Shown here piece after piece: positions 28,387 to 38,493 of a stretch of DNA of 64,000 bases. The notes under the pieces are model-generated. The model had not been told where the DNA came from, did not search any database, and worked only from the letters and a program-made list of their open reading frames with translations. The stretch is from an uncultured Gammaproteobacteria bacterium. Lineage in GTDB: Bacteria > Patescibacteriota > Microgenomatia > JALYQM01. Each line of letters opens with the position of its first letter. The stretch's first letter is position 1. Made by a program: the position numbers and the translations under genes. Location: assembly GCA_964403585.1 (NCBI GenBank), contig CAYOFQ010000001.1:76456-140455 (forward strand), given 5' to 3'.

Positions 28387-31300
28387 ATGAACGAATCAGC
28401 AATGCACTTCCGGGGAATGGAATTTAATAATCCCTTCCCAAACCGCGATCTCGAACAACTCACCAAAAAGATGGAGGAGTTGCGCGAACGTGCCGGTCAC
28501 TTCTCGCTGTCAGTTGGCGAAAGATTAGCAAACGTCAGAGAGCAATTGCAAACATATTCGCAAATCGCCCAGGAAAAAATTATCCAAACCGACCATAACT
28601 TAACCATGCTTGCGCATATCCACCGCGAAAAAATTATTGACGGTGCCGAATTTGCAGCCGCCCATCCGGTTGAAGCCGGAAAAATAGTTATCAAAAAAGG
28701 CTGGATTTATGCCGCCGGCGCCGGAGCGCGCTATGCACTAATTGCTACGGGCACTGCCATGGGCTACATGCTCTATCCGGTTGCTGCATTTGGTACCGCA
28801 CTTTCATCAATGGTTGTAGGAGGGTACAAAGATTGGCAAACCATGCACAGTAAAAACGGTGCCCGCGAGCTATACAACAAATACGTTGGCAAAGACGCGC
28901 TCCGTGCCGAAACCTATGACGATGATCAAAAGACCGGTTGGTGGAACGCCGTTAAAAAATTTACCGGCAGATATTCCATGTCTGTCAAAGAAGGCTATCG
29001 CCGCGCCTATGGCGCCTATACGTACAAAGAAGTTATCAACCAAATGGTTGAAGATACCTCAGAAGAAAATTTTAGCAAATATGCTGAAAGAATTGCTAAT
29101 GCCACACACGGTGAAATAGATTACCGTGCTTTGCACAGATTACAGGCAGAATTAAGAGATAAACTTATTGACGCCAGTTACGGTGTTGCCGTTGCCATGA
29201 ACAACCACACACGCAAAGATGGTCAGGCAGTTATTAAAAAATATTTTTCAGTCCTGCAACAAACAGCTGAATATACCAAAGTCGACACAGCGGAATTCAT
29301 GAGTCAAGTTGCCGAACAGAAAAACAAAAGACTGGAGTCCTCAGCTAAAAAAGGTTTTGCCGCAACATTATTATCCCGCGGCAGCTGGTCAATGGCCCGC
29401 TTCGCTTCCGGGGGCGCACTACTCGGACGTTTCACCCCCAAGGCCGAAGCCCACGACGCCATCTTTGGGAATCAACACCAACCGGAAACACCAAAGGTGC
29501 AAATTGGTCACGCTGTTCGTGAAGACCAATACGTACCTAAAACAGAAACCGCTCCACAACCAAAACCATCATTTAAGACATCATCTGTACGAACAGATAT
29601 CCGGTCTGAACTACGAGCAGAAAATGCTGCATTTGTGCATACAGTTCCAGAACCAAAAGTAGCCGCTGTACCAAGGATAGAAATGAAACCGATTGAAATA
29701 TCTGTTGAGCAAAACCACGGTCTGTTCATATCTCTTAAAAACAGTGGTTGGGGAGATATAAGTGATAGTGACAGTGGTGCACGTTTTATGGCTGAAGTGG
29801 CACCTCTCTTTCGTGGACATGGATTATCTGAAGAACAATACCAAGACCTAATGCGAGTAGTCTATGAAAATAAAGATATCACCGCTGAGGATTTATGGAA
29901 AAAATTCAAATGGTTTGATAAAGCTTTCATGGTCCATGCAGGAAAATTCAATATTAATATTCCTCAAGTGGTTGATGACCCAACCATTAAAGTAAATTAT
30001 GATTTCACGGCTCAAACAGTTCGTCGAGAAGGAGTTCCTAAAGTATTATTCAGCGTACTACTTAAGGACGATCCACCTCCTAAACCTGAAGGAGGAGTAT
30101 TGCACCCGGGCGGATCTGGTTTGGGAACGAATCATGCCGAAGGTACAGTATTACGTCCAGGAGGACGGCCAAATATTCCAACAACCGAGAATGTACCCGT
30201 GCGACCATTGCCAGACGCGAGTGATCGTCTGATGGATAATTCTCCGAATACTACAGTGCCAGAACGCAAACCTAACGTTCTACACCCAGGTGGAGGGCAG
30301 CCAACTACACCTGCGCAAAGTGAAGCATTACGACCAGGTCAATCAACTATCAATCAAGAGGATGGAGCTGCTAATACCGAAACATTAAAGCCGGGATCAA
30401 CAGTAATAAATACTCCTACCGAAGCTCGAATGCATCCGGGTAGTACAATCTTTAAGGATAAACCCACATCATCAGCTACTGTCACATTGCGGCCTGGAGC
30501 TACTACTATTAACGATCAAGTCGAACAACAAGCCGCAGCCCAACCACTTCCCGCAGCTGAAATTCCCAGAGCTAAAGAATTCAACTTCAACCAGGAATTC
30601 TTTGTCAGCTCCGCCAATAAAATAATTGAAATCACCAAAGAAAACGTAAAGCGCTGGTTGCACTTACCACTCTCCATTAATGAACTTCCTGCAGATCCAA
30701 ACTGGGATGAAACAATTGTTTCAGAATACATGGGCCGCACAATTATATTTGTACACTCCGCCCGCAAAGATGGTATGGATTTACCTGGCAACTTCTTCCG
30801 TGAAGCAGCCGAGCTTGGACAGAGTTCCTTCGGATATGGGCAGGACCAGGTCCAGGAGTACTTAAAACAAGCGATCAGTGAAAATCGAACAGCTTTATTT
30901 ACCGGCCAAGACGGTTCTCAACAGACGTTCCGCTTAACGAATGCCTTCTACCAGCCGTATCGCGAAGTGGTGCAAGAAGATCTCTGGGGAAATAAGTACG
31001 ATAACAACCTTTCCGATTTAGCCCAATACGTCAGCCAGACAAATAAAGACGACGTGATCATAGTTTTCTGTGGACGTTCACATGTTGAAGCAATCCGCAA
31101 AGGAATCGAAATCATGCAGGAAGTAAAAAGTACCTTACCAGCAGAACAAAAGGATGTCGCGGAAACAGTAATAATCACACTGCAAAATAGTAAAGCAACT
31201 GGCCAATCCTACACTAATGCGGTGCAAAACATGTTCAGCATATTAAAAGCAAGCAACCCTAAAGAATATGAAAAGCTCTTACTGCTTTATACCGGTGAAC

Positions 31301-31392
31301 CTTACAATAAAGATCCAGAAGCATTAAAGCAAGCCAATCCCTACATGTTCTCCGGAGCCCGTTACGTCCTCGGCTTATCTCCGGTAAAATAA
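28387..31392 (+). CDS. Hypothetical large protein (1001 aa) with central L(R/H)PG repeat region
   Basis: Host-like AT-rich codon usage. An N-terminal region carries a hydrophobic patch. A central repeat at aa ~560-700 runs VLHPGGSG...VLRPGGRP...VLHPGGGQ...ALRPGQSTIN...LKPGSTVIN...MHPGSTIF...LRPGATTIN. Confidence 0.6.
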   Translation: MNESAMHFRGMEFNNPFPNRDLEQLTKKMEELRERAGHFSLSVGERLANVREQLQTYSQIAQEKIIQTDHNLTMLAHIHREKIIDGAEFAAAHPVEAGKIVIKKGWIYAAGAGARYALIATGTAMGYMLYPVAAFGTALSSMVVGGYKDWQTMHSKNGARELYNKYVGKDALRAETYDDDQKTGWWNAVKKFTGRYSMSVKEGYRRAYGAYTYKEVINQMVEDTSEENFSKYAERIANATHGEIDYRALHRLQAELRDKLIDASYGVAVAMNNHTRKDGQAVIKKYFSVLQQTAEYTKVDTAEFMSQVAEQKNKRLESSAKKGFAATLLSRGSWSMARFASGGALLGRFTPKAEAHDAIFGNQHQPETPKVQIGHAVREDQYVPKTETAPQPKPSFKTSSVRTDIRSELRAENAAFVHTVPEPKVAAVPRIEMKPIEISVEQNHGLFISLKNSGWGDISDSDSGARFMAEVAPLFRGHGLSEEQYQDLMRVVYENKDITAEDLWKKFKWFDKAFMVHAGKFNINIPQVVDDPTIKVNYDFTAQTVRREGVPKVLFSVLLKDDPPPKPEGGVLHPGGSGLGTNHAEGTVLRPGGRPNIPTTENVPVRPLPDASDRLMDNSPNTTVPERKPNVLHPGGGQPTTPAQSEALRPGQSTINQEDGAANTETLKPGSTVINTPTEARMHPGSTIFKDKPTSSATVTLRPGATTINDQVEQQAAAQPLPAAEIPRAKEFNFNQEFFVSSANKIIEITKENVKRWLHLPLSINELPADPNWDETIVSEYMGRTIIFVHSARKDGMDLPGNFFREAAELGQSSFGYGQDQVQEYLKQAISENRTALFTGQDGSQQTFRLTNAFYQPYREVVQEDLWGNKYDNNLSDLAQYVSQTNKDDVIIVFCGRSHVEAIRKGIEIMQEVKSTLPAEQKDVAETVIITLQNSKATGQSYTNAVQNMFSILKASNPKEYEKLLLLYTGEPYNKDPEALKQANPYMFSGARYVLGLSPVK

Positions 31393-31438
31393 GCACTACC
31401 ACCTTGCCAAGTGCTTTCAAGTACGAGATAACAGGAGA

Positions 31439-32704
31439 ATGGAACTCATTGTCGATCTGCATCTGCATTCTCACTATTCCCGCGCCACCAGTAAAGAATC
31501 CAATTTAGAAGGATTGTATAAATGGGGAAAAATCAAAGGCATTAATATAATTGGCACCGGAGATTTTACGCATCCGTTGTGGTTTGCCGAATTAATCAAC
31601 AAACTTGAACCGGCCGAAGACGGCCTCTATGCCCTCCGCGAAGAGTACGCCAAACCAATAGACATGATATTGCCGGAGGTACTAAGAAATAATGTGATAC
31701 GATTTGTAGCAACTGTTGAAATCAGTAATATCTATTCCAAACAGGGTAAAGTGCGCAAATTACACAACCTTCTAATAGTACCAAATTTAGAAGTTGCCGC
31801 CTCTATCAATAAACAATTGGATCGCCTTGGAAATCTAAAAGCCGATGGTCGACCTATCCTGGGATTGGATAGCAAGTTACTGTTAAAAATAACCCTGGAG
31901 TCACATCCCGAATCACTTTTCGTCCCCGCGCATATTTGGACGCCGTGGTTTGGCATGTTTGGCTCTAAGTCAGGATTCGACAAAATAACCGATGCCTTCG
32001 AAGAATTAACACCGCACATCCACGCCATTGAAACCGGCCTCTCATCCGACCCGCATATGAACTGGCAGGTGTCTCAACTGGATACCTTGACAGTTATTTC
32101 TAACTCCGATGCTCATTCGCCGCAAAAGCTGGGCAGAGAAGCCAATGTGATTAATACCGCCCTGTCTTACACAGACATTATCGGCGGGATACGCACCAAC
32201 GACCAACGATTCATCGGTACTATCGAATTCTTTCCTGAAGAAGGGAAGTATCATTACGACGGACACCGCGCTTGTAAAGTTGTCTTTACACCCGAACAAA
32301 CCAAAGCTCATCACGGAATGTGCCCTGTTTGTCATAAACCAGTGACGGTGGGTGTAGAGTATCGCGTTATGGAACTCAGCGATCGCACTCACGGATATGT
32401 ACCTGCTAGTAATAAGCAAGTCGAATATATCATTCCACTTATTGAGATTATCGCTGAATTAAACAATGTTAAAAGTACCGCTTCCAAAAAAGTACAGGAT
32501 CAGTATCAACAGGTATATTCAACTCTCGGCGATGAATTTAGTATCCTTCGTTCGCTGCCGGTAACTTCAATCGATCAGGCCGGATTTACTAAACTCGCCG
32601 AGGTAATAAAAAAAATGCGCCGGCGCGAGGTACGTATCGCCCCGGGGTATGACGGAGTATACGGCACGGTAAAACTAATGCCATCACTACCGGTGCAAAA
32701 ATAG
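31439..32704 (+). CDS. PHP-domain nuclease, endonuclease Q-like
   Basis: An N-terminal PHP motif (DLHLHSHYSRATS) and a zinc-finger-like CPVCHK in the C-terminal half, at ~420 aa, match the EndoQ architecture. The assignment is from memory. Confidence 0.55.
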   Translation: MELIVDLHLHSHYSRATSKESNLEGLYKWGKIKGINIIGTGDFTHPLWFAELINKLEPAEDGLYALREEYAKPIDMILPEVLRNNVIRFVATVEISNIYSKQGKVRKLHNLLIVPNLEVAASINKQLDRLGNLKADGRPILGLDSKLLLKITLESHPESLFVPAHIWTPWFGMFGSKSGFDKITDAFEELTPHIHAIETGLSSDPHMNWQVSQLDTLTVISNSDAHSPQKLGREANVINTALSYTDIIGGIRTNDQRFIGTIEFFPEEGKYHYDGHRACKVVFTPEQTKAHHGMCPVCHKPVTVGVEYRVMELSDRTHGYVPASNKQVEYIIPLIEIIAELNNVKSTASKKVQDQYQQVYSTLGDEFSILRSLPVTSIDQAGFTKLAEVIKKMRRREVRIAPGYDGVYGTVKLMPSLPVQK

Positions 32705-32962
32705 CTACTGAGTCTGAAAAGCATTGGCACAATTAAGGAGACTTCGCTAATTATCCAATGAAAACTTCTCCAATATAACAATAATAGTAATTATAAAACT
32801 GGTTGACATTCAACAATGATAGCAAAGTATATAAAAAATAATACAGTGTTAATAGTAATAGAACCATTGTGATATATTTATAAATACCTAAAATAATACA
32901 AAATGCATCAAAAAATTCTACTTGACAATCACCCATAGCGTGATCTACTGTTAACAGTACCT

Positions 32963-33715
32963 ATGAAGTATCCAAAAGCCACGACCGCTTTTATGTTTGC
33001 TGCCGCGATGTTTGCCACCGGAGCATCGGTAACGTTTGTTAATGCCGAGAGTGGTCCCGGTGGTGGGAAACGAAGCCCTGATTCAAGTGGTTCGGTTAGA
33101 CCATCAAAGAGTCCCTCCTTTAAACCATTTGATAAACACTCATCTCCTTCCGGAGAATCAAATAAAGGACGTGGTGGTCATAGTCAGCGCATCGCTACTG
33201 ATTCGGATAAAATAAAGGATAAACTCGCAACCCGGTCAGGTGAACGTAAGGCCAAACTTACAAATTTGAGCAATAACCTGATCAGAAGATTTACCAACGT
33301 AACTGAGCGCCAGGAAAATATTTTGAATCGCGCTAACACCCGTATTGCTTCGATGTCGGCTACAGGCTCCAACGTTGCCGATCTGAAAGCAAGATCAGCC
33401 AGTATTTCAGCTATGATCGCCAAACAAAAGACCTCCATAGCGGCACTAAAAACAACATTAGCAGCAATTTCTACATCAAATTCTTCTGGAGATTCCATTG
33501 GTAAGGCCATATCCGATGTAGTTAAACAGGTCACAGCAACCCATAAAGCCTTGCACGATCTTGTTAAGGCTATGGGCGGCAAGGGCAATTCCTCCCACTC
33601 TCCGGCAGTTCGACCAACAAAAAGCCCGAAAGCTTCCGCCAGCGTTAAACCTTCTACGACTCCGGTAAGTTCCGCTGAACCGTCCGACGAGCCGCTTTCC
33701 GAAGATGAGGAATAA
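32963..33715 (+). CDS. Secreted Ser/Lys-rich coiled-coil protein
   Basis: Signal peptide (MKYPKATTAFMFAAAMFATGASVTFVNA). The rest is low-complexity, and the C-terminus is acidic. Confidence 0.5.
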   Translation: MKYPKATTAFMFAAAMFATGASVTFVNAESGPGGGKRSPDSSGSVRPSKSPSFKPFDKHSSPSGESNKGRGGHSQRIATDSDKIKDKLATRSGERKAKLTNLSNNLIRRFTNVTERQENILNRANTRIASMSATGSNVADLKARSASISAMIAKQKTSIAALKTTLAAISTSNSSGDSIGKAISDVVKQVTATHKALHDLVKAMGGKGNSSHSPAVRPTKSPKASASVKPSTTPVSSAEPSDEPLSEDEE

Positions 33716-33754
33716 CACCCGGGGTTTTAAAAGCACTGTGATATAATTAATACC

Positions 33755-36508
33755 ATGAAACCCTATAATCATAAAGAAATCGAACCAAAATGGTCACAAG
33801 TCTGGAAGGAAAACAAAACCTACCGCACTCCGGATACCAGTGACAAACCCAAAGATTACACGATTGTCATGTTCCCGTACCCGTCCGGGGATCTCCACAT
33901 CGGGCACTGGTATAATTTCGCTCCCACCGACGTCTACGCTCGTTTTAAACGCATGTCCGGTAAAAATGTAATGACCACTATTGGTTTTGATGCTTTTGGT
34001 CTGCCGGCCGAAGGTGCAGCCATCAAACGGGGAATTCATCCGTCCGACTGGACACATTCCAATATCCAGTCAATGTTAAAACAGCTGGAAAAAATGGGAC
34101 CGTCGTATGATTGGGAACGAACCGTTGTTACCTGCGATCCCGATTATTATAAATGGACACAGTGGTGTTTCTTAAAGCTGTACGAAAAAGGGTTAGCCTA
34201 CAAAACCAAAGCCGCAGTTAACTGGTGTCCGGTAGATAAATCCGTTCTGGCGAACGAACAGGCTGAAGGCGGAGTCTGCTGGCGTTGTGGCTCACAAGTC
34301 GAACAAAAAATGATCGAACAGTGGTTCTTCAAAATCACCGAGTATGCCGAGCGCTTACTCGAGGGCTTGGAAACCCTGGACTGGCCGGAACGAATTAAAT
34401 TAATGCAATATAATTGGATTGGCAAAAGTGAAGGCGCTGAAATTACCTTTAAAATTGTTACCGAAGGACAGGATACCCCCAAGCCTTTAACAGTATTCAC
34501 CACCCGTCCTGATACATTATTTGGTGCAACCTTCTTGGTAGTTGCACCGGAGCATCCGCAGCTGGATGATCTCACAACAGAAGAACATAAACGCGAAGTG
34601 CATAGTTATCGCGAACAAACTGTCCATAAGTCTGAATTAGAGCGCATTGCGGATAATAAAAAGAAGACGGGTACCTTTACCGGATCATATGCAATCCATC
34701 CGTTTACCAATCGCAAGTTGCCGGTTTGGACCGCCGATTTTATCTTAGCTAATTACGGCACCGGAGCTATTATGGCCGTACCGGGACACGACCAGCGCGA
34801 CTATGACTTTGCCAAGCAGTACGATTTACCTATCAAATTTATTCTCCAGCCGGCCGAAGTTTCCGCAGTTATTGTTGAAAAAAGCGTGGATAAACAGCTG
34901 TTCGATGATTTGACCCAACTGGGAGGATTCACCGTCTCGGATTTTAGTTTGTGGGGCAAGATGGTCAATTTCGGCAGAGACAAAATTGAGACTTTCCGTA
35001 AATTGGTCCAAACACATCTCCAGGAAGGACCGCACGTCGTACATACTGACGGAGTTATTCGCATGGCCATATTTAAAGATAAAGTGGTGGCCTACAATAC
35101 CGAATCCCGATCCTGGGAAGAAGCTATTGCCTATGGCAAAGAAAAGAAAATCATCCCGGAAAATCTCGACTTCACCTTTCCGGAAGAAGGCTTCACTAAA
35201 CCGTTTACCGATACAGAGAATGCCTACTTGATCGATTCTGAAAATTTCTCCGGACTTTCCAGTGCTGACGCTAAAAAATTAATCGTCAAAGTATTGGAAA
35301 AAGAAAATCAGGGTACCAGAACCATAAAATATAAATTACGGGACTGGTTAGTATCCAGACAGCGCTATTGGGGCGCTCCAATTCCAATTATTTATTGCGA
35401 ACACTGTGGCACTGTACCGGTGCCGGAAAAAGATCTCCCGGTAGTCTTGCCATACGAGGTGGATTACACTCCGCAGGAAGTATCACCACTCGGATCGGCT
35501 CCGGATTTCGTGAATGTTAAGTGTCCAAAATGTGGCGCAGATGCGAAACGTGACACCGATACTATGGACACCTTCGTAGACAGCTCCTGGTACTTCTTGC
35601 GCTATCCCACACCCCATGATGATACTCGGCCGTTTGGTTCTGCTAAATTGGGCGGATCGGACACCGTAAACCAGTGGGCACCGGTAGATAAATACGTTGG
35701 TGGAGCGGAACACGCGGTATTACACTTGCTCTATTCCCGTTTCTTCACCAAAGTCTTTGCGGATGAAGGGTATTTGAATTTTCAGGAACCATTCCAGAGC
35801 TTGTTTAATCAGGGAATTATCCTGGGGCCGGATCATCAGAAAATGTCCAAGTCCAAAGGTAATGTCATTAATCCTGACGAGTTAGTCGAGCATTATGGAT
35901 GCGATGCTGTGCGTATGTATCTCTGTTTCCTGGGCCCATACGATCAGGGAGGACCATGGAACCCTGCCGGTATTGAGGGGGTTTCCCGCTTTATGCGTAA
36001 ATTCTACGGTGTTTTAACTGGAGATCACGCGACAACTGCGGACAATAATCTTGACGTCGCTATCAATAAATTAATTAAGAAGGTTACCAATGATCTCCCG
36101 CAAATGAAATTTAATACGTCGGTAGCGGCCTTCATGGAATTCATTAATACCGTTGGCGAGCAAAAACTAACCATCGAACAGAAGAAGTCAGTGATCAAGC
36201 TCATTGCACCATTTGCGCCATTCTTGTCTGAAGAACTGTGGAATGAATATGCTCCGGGACAGGGAAGTGTCCACCATCAATCCTGGCCAACCTTTGACCC
36301 GGCAATGCTCATCGAATCTGATGTTGAAATTGTCATTCAGGTAAATGGCAAAGTCCGGGACAGATTTGTCGTGCCTTTAAATACCGACAAGGATACCGTC
36401 GTCAGCCAGGCCTTGAGTCGTGAGATAGTGGTAAAGTTTACAGAGGGCAAACAACCCGATTCACTCATCTTTGTGCCGAACAAATTACTTAACATTGTCA
36501 TCAAATAA
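33755..36508 (+). CDS. leuS: Leucine--tRNA ligase
   Basis: HIGH motif (PYPSGDLHIGHWYNF), KMSKS motif (KMSKSKGN), and a CP1 editing domain. Confidence 0.95.
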   Translation: MKPYNHKEIEPKWSQVWKENKTYRTPDTSDKPKDYTIVMFPYPSGDLHIGHWYNFAPTDVYARFKRMSGKNVMTTIGFDAFGLPAEGAAIKRGIHPSDWTHSNIQSMLKQLEKMGPSYDWERTVVTCDPDYYKWTQWCFLKLYEKGLAYKTKAAVNWCPVDKSVLANEQAEGGVCWRCGSQVEQKMIEQWFFKITEYAERLLEGLETLDWPERIKLMQYNWIGKSEGAEITFKIVTEGQDTPKPLTVFTTRPDTLFGATFLVVAPEHPQLDDLTTEEHKREVHSYREQTVHKSELERIADNKKKTGTFTGSYAIHPFTNRKLPVWTADFILANYGTGAIMAVPGHDQRDYDFAKQYDLPIKFILQPAEVSAVIVEKSVDKQLFDDLTQLGGFTVSDFSLWGKMVNFGRDKIETFRKLVQTHLQEGPHVVHTDGVIRMAIFKDKVVAYNTESRSWEEAIAYGKEKKIIPENLDFTFPEEGFTKPFTDTENAYLIDSENFSGLSSADAKKLIVKVLEKENQGTRTIKYKLRDWLVSRQRYWGAPIPIIYCEHCGTVPVPEKDLPVVLPYEVDYTPQEVSPLGSAPDFVNVKCPKCGADAKRDTDTMDTFVDSSWYFLRYPTPHDDTRPFGSAKLGGSDTVNQWAPVDKYVGGAEHAVLHLLYSRFFTKVFADEGYLNFQEPFQSLFNQGIILGPDHQKMSKSKGNVINPDELVEHYGCDAVRMYLCFLGPYDQGGPWNPAGIEGVSRFMRKFYGVLTGDHATTADNNLDVAINKLIKKVTNDLPQMKFNTSVAAFMEFINTVGEQKLTIEQKKSVIKLIAPFAPFLSEELWNEYAPGQGSVHHQSWPTFDPAMLIESDVEIVIQVNGKVRDRFVVPLNTDKDTVVSQALSREIVVKFTEGKQPDSLIFVPNKLLNIVIK

Positions 36509-36514
36509 TCGGTC

Positions 36515-37315
36515 TTGCCAAGATACTGCCTTCAGATAAATAATGGAAGTATGCCGCTACTCTTCCAACGCCACAGGCTAGCCTCGCTCTTCCTTCTTGG
36601 TGGAGTAATCTCCCTCGTCATCGGTTGTATCCAATTATACCCACTTATTACTTCAACCACAGATCCGGTTGTTGTAGTAAAAAGCAATGAAAAACAAATA
36701 TATCAAAATATAAATAAAGAAAGCGAAATAGCACATACTATATCTAAAGTCGCTTCCGAATCAGCCACAATTGTTGTAGATGTCGCGGGCGCGGTTAACT
36801 GGCCGGGAGTCTACACATTGCCAAAATACTCACGCATTAATGACGCGCTTGTGTCAGCGGGAGGTATTTCCAAAAAAGGCGACACCGGCTGGGTTGGTAA
36901 AAATCTTAATCTTGCGACCAGGTTGGAAGATGGCGATAAAATATTTATCCCGGCTATCGGTGAAGCCAAAACCGGAAGTGCTCCAACACCACTTCCGGTC
37001 GTGCCGGCTGCAACAGCTACAGCATCACAGGAAAGTTCCCCTGTGCACGTCGCCGGAATAAGCACCGATCAGCCGGGGCATCAAAAAGCATCCCCGGGGG
37101 CGGGAGCAGCTGCTCCATCGGCAACCCCGTTCGACGGAAAAATAAATATTAATACCGGCACTGCAACTGAACTTGACGTACTACCGGGAGTAGGCGCTAT
37201 CACCGCGCAAAAGATAATCGATAACCGACCGTACACTACTATCGAAGAACTCAAAGAAAAAAAGGCCGTCAATAAAAGTACCTTTGAAAAGATCAAGGAC
37301 AAAATTAAATTATAA
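36515..37315 (+). CDS. comEA: Competence protein ComEA (SLBB + helix-hairpin-helix)
   Basis: SLBB-like segment IVVDVAGAVNWPGVYTLPKYSRINDALVSAGG. C-terminal HhH2 is INTGTATELDVLPGVGAITAQKIIDNRPYTTIEEL. The true start may be the Met at 36551. Confidence 0.8.
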   Translation: MPRYCLQINNGSMPLLFQRHRLASLFLLGGVISLVIGCIQLYPLITSTTDPVVVVKSNEKQIYQNINKESEIAHTISKVASESATIVVDVAGAVNWPGVYTLPKYSRINDALVSAGGISKKGDTGWVGKNLNLATRLEDGDKIFIPAIGEAKTGSAPTPLPVVPAATATASQESSPVHVAGISTDQPGHQKASPGAGAAAPSATPFDGKININTGTATELDVLPGVGAITAQKIIDNRPYTTIEELKEKKAVNKSTFEKIKDKIKL

Positions 37316-37321
37316 TCCTTA

Positions 37322-38194
37322 TTGACCGGCTCACTGCAAATCTTTTACGCTATGTATATGCCGTCTAAATCCAAACTAAGTTATTATGCGCTCGACATAT
37401 TTTTCTTATTCCTCGGAATGTGGTGGCTCACTATCCAGGCACGGGGGCTTACCACCGGTGCTGAAAACTACCACTTCAATACTGCGTACGCAATTATGAC
37501 CGCCTTAGGTGGTGTCATTGCCATCCGCAACGCCAAAGAATGGGGTGGTATAAAAAGTTTATACGGCCGGACACTGATCGGTGTCGGATTAGCACTCATC
37601 AGCTTCGCCATTGGCGGCATCATCTGGGCATACTACAATTATGGAGGATTAACACTTAGTAATGTTCTCGCGCCGCAACCCATAAGTGACGTACCGTATC
37701 CCGGTTGGCCCGACATCGGTTTCGGCGGTTTCTTTCCATTCTGCTTGTTCGGGTTGTGGAGCCTGGTAACGGCCGTTGGATTCAAATACGTTTGGCAAAC
37801 CAACAGGGGAAAATTATTTTTGATAGTTACCCCGGTCGTGGCTACAGTAGTAACCTTTTTAATCTTCAAAGATCTTCGTCCGTTGAGCTTTGACGGTGGC
37901 GAAGCCCTTGCCGTCGGACTTAATTATTATTACACCGTCGGCGATGCCATCATGATCGGCATTAGTATTGCGCTGCTATTCCTCTCTAATAAATTTGGAG
38001 GAGGTAAACTGCGCCCGGCAGTTACCTTTATTACTCTTGGCTTAATTGTTCAGTACTTGGCTGACCTTATCTTTAACTACCGCACCAGTCAGGAAACATA
38101 TTACAATGCCGATATCAGCGACATGCTCTATGCTACTGCGCTCTACCTGATTGCTGTTGGGGGCAGTATGTTTACCTTAAGAGGAAAGAGATAA
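37322..38194 (+). CDS. Hypothetical polytopic membrane protein
   Basis: Six or more hydrophobic helices and no recognised motif. Confidence 0.45.
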   Translation: MTGSLQIFYAMYMPSKSKLSYYALDIFFLFLGMWWLTIQARGLTTGAENYHFNTAYAIMTALGGVIAIRNAKEWGGIKSLYGRTLIGVGLALISFAIGGIIWAYYNYGGLTLSNVLAPQPISDVPYPGWPDIGFGGFFPFCLFGLWSLVTAVGFKYVWQTNRGKLFLIVTPVVATVVTFLIFKDLRPLSFDGGEALAVGLNYYYTVGDAIMIGISIALLFLSNKFGGGKLRPAVTFITLGLIVQYLADLIFNYRTSQETYYNADISDMLYATALYLIAVGGSMFTLRGKR

Positions 38195-38196
38195 AT

Positions 38197-38484
38197 ATGG
38201 ACACGTATTTGGAAATTATCCGGTCAATAATCAAATCCCAAATGGCCATTATTGGACCGATGGCTATCGATGAGGCCAATAAAATCGACGGACTTTCAGT
38301 GGATAATAAAGTTGAAAAAGTCACATTGATCTCCAACAGTCCTGATGAGACTATCAAGAGACTGGTCGAGCAATACGCTTCTTTGTTTGGCGCAATTTCA
38401 ATAGAAGTGAGTAAGGAAGCAGTCGGAGCGGTGGTAAAAAACACGGATAAAAAAGACATCAAACTCCCCGTACTCCTGCAGTAA
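38197..38484 (+). CDS. Hypothetical small protein
   Basis: A 95-aa ORF lying between the membrane protein and the histidine kinase. Confidence 0.4.
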   Translation: MDTYLEIIRSIIKSQMAIIGPMAIDEANKIDGLSVDNKVEKVTLISNSPDETIKRLVEQYASLFGAISIEVSKEAVGAVVKNTDKKDIKLPVLLQ

Positions 38485-38493
38485 GGTTTACCT

